Positions 25,071 through 35,033 of a stretch of DNA of 64,000 nt are shown here, piece after piece. The notes beneath the pieces are model-generated. The model saw only the letters and a program-made list of their open reading frames with translations. It was not told where the DNA came from and searched no databases. The stretch is taken from positions 20,398,001 to 20,462,000 of the forward strand of contig CDPCPM010000103.1 in NCBI GenBank assembly GCA_976551045.1, written 5' to 3'. The position numbers were made by a program, and so were the translations under genes. The DNA comes from Glaucostegus cemiculus. Its lineage: Eukaryota. Position 1 is the stretch's first letter; each line of letters begins with the position of its first letter.

Positions 25071-25237
25071 GGAGACATAGGAGACTGCAGGTGCTGGAAT
25101 CTGGAGCAAAACACAAACTGCTGGAAGAACTCAGCAGATCAAAGCAGCATCTCCAGTCCAGAAAAAAACATCGACTGTCCATCTCCCTCCACAGCTGCTG
25201 CTTGACCTGCTGAGTTCACCAGCAGTTTGTTTTTTGC
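25071..25237. mobile_element. PLE-derived fold-back mini insertion
   Basis: Inverted arms caaactgctggaagaactcagcag / ctgctgagttcaccagcagtttg. 14-bp TSD act(a/g)gtcaatgctt at 25057-25070 and 25238-25251. Confidence 0.8.
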
Positions 25238-25591
25238 ACTGGTCAATGCTTCCCCCTTCCTCAGAATCAGGGCAGAGTGGAGTGGAAGGCTTACAGTTTA
25301 AAAGCAAAGCTGAGGGGATGGAGTGAGGTGTAAGACAAATGCCAATATGGAGATAGGTTAAGACAGATCAGGCAGCAAGGAGCTTGAGTACAGAACATTA
25401 GCAAGGCATTTTAAAGGAATGGGGTGAGAAAGGGACATAAGCATGAAAATGGGAAATGATGAGAGAACGGTTTACCTGAGGTTTCCAGTCTTTTTTTGAA
25501 CTTAGACAGAATCAGAGAGAGAGTAGGCTGTTCAAACTCTTTTTCCTGCTTTGCCAGTCAATAAGATTGAGGTTGATCTTTCACAGTGCCA

Positions 25592-25837
25592 CTTAATTTA
25601 TTTACAGCGTGGTAACAGGCCCTTTCGGCCCAACGAGTCTGCGCCGCCCATTTTAAACCCCCAAATTAACCTACCCGTACGTCTTTTTTAGAATGTGGGA
25701 GGAAACCGGAGCACCCAGAGGAAACCCACGCAGACACGGGAGAACGTACAAACTCCTTACAGTCAGCGACGGGAATCGAACCCCAATCGCTGGTGCTGTA
25801 ACAGCGTCGCGCTAACCGCTACGCTATCGTGCCGCCC
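25592..25837 (-). mobile_element. Young full-length tRNA-derived V-SINE (HE1-like) with CR1 tail
   Basis: A box TAGCGTAGCGG (25826-25816), B box GGTTCGATTCCC (25782-25771), V-core, and tail ttgggccgaaagggcctgtt. CpGs are retained. Confidence 0.9.
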
Positions 25838-25914
25838 ATAAACCTGCACTAAACCCTAGTCCCTTGTTTTCCTTAACATCTAAAAACCTATCAGTCTCTA
25901 AATATACTGAGTTT

Positions 25915-26330
25915 CCTTTATGAGGAGAGAGTGCATAGGCTGGGTCTATTTTCCTTGGAGCAGTAGAGGCTGAGGGGAGATCTGGCAGAGGTTTACAAGG
26001 TTATGAGAGGCACCAAGAGGGTAGATAGTAAGAAATTTTTCCCCATGGCAGGGATATTTAACAGCAGAGGCTAAAGGTTTAAGGTGAGGAGCAAGAAGTT
26101 TAGAGGGCATCTGAGGAGGATTTTTTCCACCCAGAGAGTAGCTGAAATCTGGAATGCATTGGCTGAGAAGGTGGTGGAGATGCATACACACAATATTTAA
26201 GAAGCATCTGGACAAGCACTTGAATTGCCAAGGCATGATAGGCTATGAATCAAGTGCTGGAAAATCAGATTAGTGTAGATAGATACTTGATGGTTGGCAT
26301 AGACATGGTAGACTAAAGGGCCTGTCTCTT
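25915..26330 (+). mobile_element. CR1 3' fragment (tail resumes at ~27570 after a PLE insertion)
   Basis: ttttccttggagcagtagaggctgaggggagatctg...aaagggcctgt. Confidence 0.8.
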
Positions 26331-27569
26331 GCAAGGACGCTATCTCTTTTTCTCAATTTCTCTGCCTACGTTGTATCTGCTCCCATAATGAGACTTTCCA
26401 CTCCAGGACATCTGAGATGTCCAACTTCTTTACTAACTGTGGCTTCACCCCTTCTGTGGTTGAGGGAGCTTACACCCACATCTCTGCAATTTCCTGCGTC
26501 TCTGCTCTCACTCCCACCCCTCCCAGACCCAACAGGGATAGGTCCCCCTTGTCCTCACATTTCATCCCACCAGCCTATGCATCCAACACGTCATTCTCCG
26601 CCACTTCCGCCGTCTCAAACGGGACCCCACCACCAAGCATATCTTCCCCCCTTCACCCCTTTCTACCTTTCGCAGGGACCGCTCTCTCCATGACTCCCCC
26701 ATTCACTCCTCCCCCTCCACCCATCCTGCTCCCACCCCAGGAACTTTCGACTGCCCCCATCATAGGTGCAACACCTGCCCCTACACCACCTCCATCACCT
26801 CCATCCAGGGACCCAAACAGTCCTTTCAGATGAGCTGGAGATTTACCTGCACCTCCCTTAATATCATCGACTGCATTCGGAGTTCCAACTATGACCTCCT
26901 CTACATTGGTGAGACCAAACGCAGACTAGGTGACTGTTTCGCAGAACACCTGCACTCCGTCTGTAACTGTGACATGCATCTCCCCATTGCCAGTCACTTC
27001 AGCTCCCCCTCCCACACTATCACTGATATGCCAGTCCTCGGCCTCCTCCACTGCCAGGAGAATTCCAAATGCAAACTGAAAGAACAGCACCTCATTTTCC
27101 ATCTTGGAACCTTGCAGCCTAACAGGATGAACATCGAATTTTCCCACTTTAAGTAATCCCCACAAGCCTCCCCCCCTCCCCATACCCCCACCCAACCATA
27201 CCTTTTCTTTTCTTCCCTTTCCTAGCCTATCTCTTTTTACTAACCCCTTTTTACCTCCTTACCTTTGACCCATCTACTGGTGGATCTGCTCTCTCCTCCT
27301 CCCCAGCACCTGCCTATTACCATCTCTCACCTGCATCTACCTATCACCACCTTGTGACCACCTCACCTCTCCTCTTTTGTCCACCTATCTCGGCTCTTCT
27401 TTTCCCTCCTATATTTTCCCTCCTTTTCCTATCTTCAGTCCTGAAGAAGGGTCCTGACCCGAAACGTTGACCACCTGCTTTTCTCCACAGATGCTGCCTG
27501 GCCTGCTGAGTTCCTCCAGCATCATCGTGGTTTTCATCTAGATTGCAGCATCTGCAGTCCTTTGCTTCT
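26331..27569 (+). mobile_element. Penelope-like element 3' half (RT thumb remnant, GIY-YIG endonuclease, terminal repeat with hammerhead motif)
   Basis: SQFLCLRCICS...SEMSNFF and FTCTSLNIIDCIRSSNYDLLYIGETKRRLGDCFAEH...EQHLIFHLGTLQP. ~10-bp TSD cctgt(c/t)tctt at 26321 and 27570. Confidence 0.92.
27436..27473 (+). ncRNA. Minimal type-I hammerhead ribozyme motif (PLE-associated)
   Basis: cagtc-CTGAAGA-a-GGGTC-ct-GACCC-GAAA-CG-TT-gac. Confidence 0.7.
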
Positions 27570-27604
27570 CCTGTTTCTTTGCTGTATGGCTTCATTTTTG
27601 TTTA

Positions 27605-27850
27605 TTTATTCAAGGGATGTGGGCTTCGTAGCCTGAGCAAGCACTTGATTGCCTATCCCTAAATGCTCTTGAGAAGGTGGTGGTGAGCTGCCTTCTTGAA
27701 CTGCTGTAGCCCTTAAGAAGTGGGTATACCCACAATGCTACCAGGGAGGGAGTTCCAGGATATTGACCCAGCGACAGTCAGGTTAAGGTATTATATTTCC
27801 AAGTCAGGATGGCATGTGGCTTGGAGAGCAGCTTCCAGGTGTTCCCTATG
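27605..27850 (-). mobile_element. Ancient LINE 3' end, clade uncertain (related pieces at 31825-32050, 35580-36430 and 38890-39145)
   Basis: Shared gagaaggtggtggtgagctgccttcttgaactgctg...gagttccaggatattgacccag. The plus copy at ~38900 encodes WEHHQFQ-like C-terminal residues. Confidence 0.6.
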
Positions 27851-28089
27851 ACTATGACTAATCCTTTACAGCTTTCTTGGGTTGAGAATTCCAAAGATTC
27901 ATAACCCTCTGGGTGAGAAAATTCCTCACTGAGAACAGACTTACTCTAATAAGCATCTAGCTCTACACAAGCAACATACATATTTACCTGATTATCTAAC
28001 CTAATGTTTGCCAATCAGCTGTGGCACACAATACATGTAAAGTAGTGCATGAAAAGCCTCCTTTTCTCAAACAGACCTTGGATATACTA

Positions 28090-29410
28090 TTAATCTTCTC
28101 TCTTTGGCAGTAGTCCCTTTGGATTAAGGATGACTCTGCTTCTCTTCCAGTTCTGTGGGTTTTAGGGTAGCTGATGCGGATAATGTGGAACCCACAGACT
28201 GCCGTCAGTAGTGCAGGAGGTGTGTGATAGGAATAAGCATGTGGACATTTAAGGAGATGGTATACTTCTTTCACTGGATGTGCTGTGCTACCAAAGGATG
28301 GATGAGGTTTTTAATGTCACCCTGAATGCTCCTTCTCCACTTTGAGTGAACATGGGTTAGGGATTCTCAAGAGTCAGTGGGGAATTTGCACTTTTTCAAG
28401 AAGGCTTGAGAACATCCTCAACTCTCTTCCTCTGCTCGCCTGGTAAATTCCTGCCAAGACAGGGTTTGAGACAGAGGTTGGGACATGACAAGCAAATAAC
28501 ACGGTCAGCCCATTGGAGCCATCTGAGTGTAAATAGGAGCTCAGTTCCAGGATATTTGCCTCAGAGCCGATACTGATATTGGTTCTCTTATCCTGCTAAT
28601 AGATCTGTAGGACTTTGCAGCAACAGTGCTGCTGGTGTCTCCCAAGTGCTTTGAGATACCTGCTGTAGGTAAGCCACGCCTCAGAAATTTCAGGTAGGCA
28701 GAATCTGGCGGACTCTGAGCTGTGTGCTGGGTTTGAGGAATTGATCTTCAAATGCTCTTTTTCTCACTTGGCCAAAGGCTGTGTTGGTGCACTGAATGTG
28801 ATGGTGAATTTCATCATCAATATTTGCTATCGCTGAGAAGTAGTTCACTTTCCAGCATCTCTTCGTGGATCTTTGTTCTCAAAGGGCTATGTTGTACAGC
28901 ATGGGTGAATTGGTAGAGGACCTTTGTTTACGGACATCAAGGTCCATTCACTTATATGCTTCAGTGAATGAGTTATCAATGGCTTGGATCTCAGCTTTGG
29001 AATATGCACACATGTAAACATTATCTGTTTGATTAATATGTCTGGGATGACCTTCGTTCTGGGGAGGAGGTGATGGAGGTTGAACAGTTTCCATTTAGTT
29101 CATAAATTAGCTCCAGTACAGCAGGAAGTTTTTGGGAGGTGCAACATTACAGTGAGAAACATTGGGAAAAGTACTGAGGCAATGACCCAGCCCTACATGA
29201 CACCAGCCTGCAATGGAACAGCTCTGTTGAGGCCCCTTAGTTGGGCTCACGGCTCGTATACCATCACAAAGCTAACCTAAGATAGAGTCAGATTTCTCCC
29301 ACAGCCACAGTCTCTTTTGATTGACAGAATCAAAGTCTTTAGTGAAGTCAAGAACAGGAATGTATAGTGGTTGGTACTGCTCCCTCAACTTCGCTTAGAG
29401 TTGTCATATC
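28090..29410 (-). mobile_element. Degenerate RTE-clade LINE
   Basis: The minus strand reads SEAWLTYSRYLKALGRHQQHC...DKRTNIS...EANI, like the RTE ORF2 C-terminus. Confidence 0.7.
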
Positions 29411-29469
29411 ACGAGCAGAGAGGCTTTCAGGACCCACAAGAAAGAACTCTTTGAAGAATTCCTCATGAT

Positions 29470-29815
29470 AGGACAACCCTATCATCCCAAAAATTAATCA
29501 AGTGAATCTTCTTTGGACTACTTCCAATGCTAATATATATTTTCTTAAACTATACTCAGTACTCCAAGAGTGTCCTTACCAACACTGTATAATTGTAATG
29601 ATACCTCCCTATTTCTAAACTCCAACTTGCAATAAGTGCCAATATGCCATTTACCTTCCTAACTACTTGCTACCCCTGCCTGCAAACTTTTTATGATTCA
29701 TACACAAGAACACTTAGATCCCTCTGTATTCCATTCATTTGCAATCTCTCTTCATTTCGATGCTAACCTGTCTTTTGATTCCTCTTACTGAAGTGCATAA
29801 CCTCACACACTACGT
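29470..29815 (-). mobile_element. Old CR1 fragment
   Basis: gtgaatcttctttggactacttccaatgc...ccatttaccttcctaactacttgc is antisense CR1 ORF2. Confidence 0.65.
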
Positions 29816-31214
29816 TAACCTCCAATTCTCCTTGGTCCCTCACATTCAGATGGGTGGAGTCACTGTCCCTGGTTTAAACTTGACAGGTGCAGCAGGTATA
29901 TTTCCCACTTTCAGAATTGGGGTTTGGTACTAAGCTACACTCCACATCAGAGCTCAGTCCAGCATTTATAGATGAGGAGTGGCCAGCAAGTTTAAGAACT
30001 CTGCATTCATGCAGGAATCCCAAATGCACATGTCTCTCAATTTTTATTTCTTTTGATTTGCTATTACCTGCTTCTCCATCACATATTACAAAGCCCAGTG
30101 AACTTACTTCATGGTGGATACAGAGCTATTACAGCTCCTGTTGAATATTCTGCCACCTACTGTGCTACTTCAGAGAATACAAGTGAGAATACACCAGTAA
30201 AGCACAACAGTCCCTCGAATCATAAGTTCTGAAAAACTTTTATATATTTTTGATGTTTATTTAATTGTATAGAAAATATAGAACCCAGAAGCAAAACAAT
30301 GTTTTTTTATTATATGCTCAAGTCTACAGTGGATAGCTTGTTGAATTCAATGACACCTAGCACTCCTACCACCACACCTTCTGTCACTCAAATTCGGGAG
30401 ATGACTATTCAGAATAGCATATTGTATCCTATGATTTCACATGTACATCTGCAGTAGTTCAATAGGTGGACAGTTTTGGTGGGACAGGGTGGGAATGCTG
30501 ATTCTCATATGACAAATTTACCTGTAGCTCAGTAGCTATTGTTGGACCCAATCCATGGCGATCAGCGCAATTTATTTTTGTGTAACAATACATCAGGGCA
30601 AACCTCTCCACAACAATAGCTCATTTTTATGCAAAAGCTAAAATACTTTCAAACTTCCTGACTGGGAGAAAGTCTCTCTGCTTTCTGTTTAAGAGCTTGT
30701 CGGTGGGTGATGGTACGCAAGGTGTGACTTTAACAAATGGGTCCACAACACACCCAATCTCAGTGCAGACTGTGTGTCAAGCAAGGCAGTGTCATCATTC
30801 CAACAAGTCTTTCTCACTGCATCCTGCATCTCACCCTCTGCTGGAAGTGAGCAAACCTACAAGACAAATGGGAAACTCTTCACTTCCACTCCAGAACCAA
30901 GGGTACTCCAACTTCAGTCACTGGACTGCAGTAGATTGATGTTGCTAATGTCCAAGTCATTGTTGATTTGTTGACTGAAGCATACCTGAGAATGGGTATT
31001 GCACTCAACATCTTCAAAAGAACGGTCCTCTTTTTTTATCTCCTGGTGCTCATGATGGCCAGATGTGAGGTATTTAACTACCATTGAGATAGGTTAATGG
31101 AGGGTTTTTGGGGGGACAACTTTGAGATTTATCAAATTTGCATTTTAACCATTTTAAATTCAATTTCATTCTAAATGTGGAAATAAACTCTACTTGAAAA
31201 TACAGCACTTAAAT

Positions 31215-31425
31215 GTAATTCTACTCTTGACCTCACAATCAACCTTGTTATGGCCTTGTGACTTATTTTCTACTTGCAGTACACTTTCTCTATAACTGTA
31301 GCACTTTCTTCTGCATTCTGTTATTGTTTTCCCTTGTAATAGCTCAATGCACTGTTGTAATGAAATGATCTGTATGGACGGTATGCAAAACCTTGATACA
31401 AGTGACAACAATAAACCAATTTACT
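31215..31425 (+). mobile_element. Rex1-type 3' fragment
   Basis: Reverse complement of the 11462 and 22631 family. Ends gacaacaataaaccaat. Confidence 0.75.
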
Positions 31426-32042
31426 AATTCTTTTCCAAATGCCAAAACATAGATTTTCAAAGAAAATTATACAAAATGACTTCATTACAATGCATTTCTA
31501 GGTAGCTGGAAGATATCAATGGTATTTCTTTCATAAAGTCCTTCTTCATCCCTGCTAATGCCTGGCTAATGGTCATCTCTCCCTATAAATGCCTCAGGTG
31601 ACCAATTTAGCCACTGCTTCCATGGTGAGCCTGTGTCCCCTCATGCATTCCTTCTTTATCAGGCAGTGGTTTTGGTTCTGCTTTTGCCATGCCTAAATTA
31701 CCTCAATTCCCACAATGTTTTCTGGGACCTCTCTCCTTCTCTTTCTTCTGCTTGAGTCTGACATACTGTAAAATGACTAGCATGAGCAATCTCTTGCTTA
31801 GAAACCTCCACAGTGTTATCCCATGTCTTGGGATGTGGATGTTACAAGCTGGTGCTTATTGCCAATTCCTAAATGCTGTTGAGAAGGGGATGATGAGCTG
31901 CCTTCTTGAACTGCTGCACTCCATGTGGTGAAGGTATTCCGAAAATGCTATTGGGAGATACCAGAATTTGACCTAGTGATGATGTAAGAATGTCAAATCA
32001 TTTCCATGTCAGGATGATGTGCAACTTGGTATGGAATCGTCA

Positions 32043-32100
32043 ACATCTTCCCTTGAATTTCAGTGTATATATATACACACTGAAATTCAAGGGAAGATGT
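32043..32100. repeat. Perfect 24-bp inverted repeat with a 10-nt AT-rich spacer
   Basis: acatcttcccttgaatttcagtgt / acactgaaattcaagggaagatgt. Confidence 0.95.
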
Positions 32101-32465
32101 ATATATATCTTGTTGCTAATAGAGACGATTTAGTGCAAATATAAAAGGTTCTTCAGCAAACAGAGCAAAGTATATCTACCACATTGATTGTTTTTCAATT
32201 TGACGGCACTGCTGTTTTCATATATTAGATCCCTTTTTGACCCCTGATACTTATCTTGGACTGCATTCTGATATCCTTTATGTTTTTATGATATATGTTA
32301 CAAGTGCATTTGAATATAGTTGACTTTTAAATTATTTGCTTAGTTCAAGTAATCAGATTTTATATTATCAGAAGTAGTTTATAATTTACAATGCTGTTAG
32401 TTAACATTCAACAGTAGTTTCTTTTTCTATCTGAACAAAACCTTAGTCACTTTTCTAACCACCAG

Positions 32466-32548
32466 GCAACAGAAGCTGCAGAAAAGGGTGTCAAACTATA
32501 AGGTATATGAAGATTACCTCCTGAAGGTTATTGACAATTTGCCTGAAA
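32466..32548 (+). CDS. CCDC197: CCDC197 coding exon 5 (QQKLQKRVSNYKVYEDYLLKVIDNLPE)
   Basis: Acceptor ctaaccaccAG and donor A|GTGAGT. Resembles remembered human CCDC197 [28 protein letters not shown]. 83 nt, phase 2 to 1. Confidence 0.9.
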
Positions 32549-32785
32549 GTGAGTATACGATTTACAGTTTTAAAAGTGAACTTAAAGAGTTTAAATGAAA
32601 TAAAATCTTTATCTCGGAAACAGGTTGGAAAGATTCTGAATCATTCTGTATAGTGCACCATCCTTTTTGAGAAAAAGTTGCCATGCTTTCTCATTTAACG
32701 TACAAGAGTTCACTTTAACTTGCTTGTTTTTAAAAGTTACGATGGGTGATTGCAGTGTGTATTTTAATCTTGTTATATGTTCCAG

Positions 32786-32958
32786 ATTACTTGGAGTATG
32801 GTGTAGAATCTCTGGCGATGTGTATGATACAAAAATATGAAACGCTCCAATCCACCAATGAGACGTTGATAAATAACCTGAGCAGGTTGTCGGATGAGCT
32901 GGAACAGCAACAGCACAACTTGGAAGCTCTGCACCAAGAATACAATACCTCAAAACTT
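32786..32958 (+). CDS. CCDC197: CCDC197 coding exon 6 (YLEYGVESLAMCMIQKYETLQSTNETLINNLSRLSDELEQQQHNLEALHQEYNTSKL)
   Basis: Acceptor gttccAG and donor CTT|GTATGG. 173 nt, phase 1 to 0, with heptad pattern. Lies within track ORF 32746..33039. Confidence 0.9.
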
Positions 32959-33329
32959 GTATGGCTATTATTCAGTGTTCCCTCTGTTGTGAGAAACTAT
33001 TTGTCTGTTCACAAGAAAGCTTCAGACATGTGGTACTGAAGGGAGAACAACAATTTCTCCATGTTATCTATACATCCAATGTTAGCATAATATCAGCTTT
33101 ATCTAAGAGATAGAAATGTTGAATGCACCATTTTATATCAAGAAACAAAGGTGGCTAATGTTTCCTTGGGTTCCAACTAAAAATGTGCAGCTGTCTTTAT
33201 CCTTTGAAGCTTATTCACCTGTTGTATATTTTCAGATTTTATATCAAGTTTCCAAAATTTACAGTCTTGTTGTTCAACCCTTATCATTTGTAATGTGATG
33301 ACTCAGGGGAAAACAAAACCATAGTAAGG

Positions 33330-34210
33330 TCTGCCTCTACGGTAGTGCAGTGAGCATTCAGTGCTCACAATTCAATCTTCTTCACATTGGAGAAACCGAG
33401 CATAAACTGGGTGACCACTTTGTTCAGTCTGCCAGGGTGACTCTGAGCTTACAGTTGTCTCTCCTAGTTCTGACAAAGAGTCTCAGACCTGAAACATTAA
33501 CCTTGTTTCACTGTCCACAGATGCTGCCTGAGATGTTGAGTGTTTCCAGCATTTGCTGCTTTTATGACAGTTGCTTGTCACTTTAATTTTCCATCCCACC
33601 CCGACCTCTCTGCATTTGGCCTGCGATACTGTGAGTTCAAAGAATAGCATCTTATTTTCCAATTAGGCACATAATAGATCTCAGGACTCAACTTGGAATT
33701 AAACAATTTCAAGTAACCTGTCTTTCCAATATGTTTCAGAACTGACCAGTTCTAAATAGTAATATTAAGTTAAATTTTCTCTCTCCATGGATACTGGCTA
33801 AGCTGCTGATCATTTCCAGTATTTTCCTTTATTTCAGATTTCCAGCAATTCCAGTGTTCTGTATCTCTCAGTTCCAGCATTTCCCCCCTCTTTCCCCTGT
33901 TATCATTCTTCATTACTTTCTATTTACATCTCCTTTAGACAAATCAACTGAGATTAACAAGCCTTTGCTGCCACTACCATATGTGTCATTTGAGTTCTCT
34001 TGGTCTCTCCCTTATCACAGCCACAGCTTTAGTTCCGGCCACCCTTCTCCCTTCTCTGCGACTTAAAACAAGTTTGATTTCTAACTTTTCCTAGTTTTGC
34101 TGAAAGGTCATTGTTCTGAGAGTTAACATTGCTTTTCTCTCCATGGATGCTGCCTGACCTACTGAGTATTTTCAACATTTTCTGTTTTTATTTCTAGTTC
34201 TGCAGTTATT
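33330..34210 (+). mobile_element. Cluster of old PLE fragments and PLE tails
   Basis: IQCSQFNLLHIGETEHKLGDHF and several gatgctgcctga...gagt.tttccagcatt tails. Confidence 0.65.
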
Positions 34211-35009
34211 TGTTCATAGTTCTTTTAACTTCTGGTCTAGTTCCATGTTTAATACCATCTTTCTTTGCCACCATACAAACACTGCTGATTTTTCTTTCAT
34301 TTATGCTCCATGGTATCATGCTTACCCCTAGTGTGGCCATCATTTATATTTAACTGTGGTCTATTGGACTGTCTGACCTTAAGCTTTTGTTTCACTCTCT
34401 CTCTCTCTTTATGCAGCTGTACTTCTGTGTTTAGTTCCACAGAATATTCATTTGAAACATGTTCTGGCAGGTAAGTAAATTACTAGTACTCCTTCATGTA
34501 CATCCACTCAATCAATCTTGACATTAAATCAAAGCTGCTACTGTCTAATCACTGAAGTGGTACCATTTAATGCAGCTAAACTGTGGCCTTTAATCCATTG
34601 AAGATGAATGAGAATTGCCAAATAATCTCAGGGTTTTTTTTAGTATAACTTCAAAGATAAGAGGTTTTGAAGATAACCATTTATTCACGTAGCAAATTAT
34701 GTAAGTACAAATGCTGATATTAAAATATCTCCAATTGCTTGGTGTGATTTTAATGACAGCAGTTATATTTGTTGTTAGCCACTGAAGAAAACACATCTAT
34801 GTCTGTAAGAAAGTGATGGCTCGGTGGGGTATTAAGGTGCAGTGAAAGATGCTGGCAACGCCAAAGGTCACCTGGTAAATACCATTAGTAACAAGACATT
34901 GAGTAATAACCTTCAGAGTACAATTGAGATACTTTTGTACAAAACTGAAATGTAACTAAATGCTCAGCAGTTTTCTTGTTTATGTGTGTTCCATTGTAGG
35001 TGGTTTGTC

Positions 35010-35033
35010 TGTGTGTGTGTGTGTGTGTGTGTG
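35010..35033. repeat. (TG)n microsatellite
   Basis: Direct reading of the sequence. Confidence 0.9.

Noticed and set aside
25760-25837. tRNA-like sequence
   Set aside because: It is the head of a SINE, continuing into a V-core and LINE tail, not a tRNA gene.
26388-26833. Proline-rich ORFs resembling extensin or WASP-type proteins
   Set aside because: They are frameshifted reading frames of a C-rich Penelope linker region.
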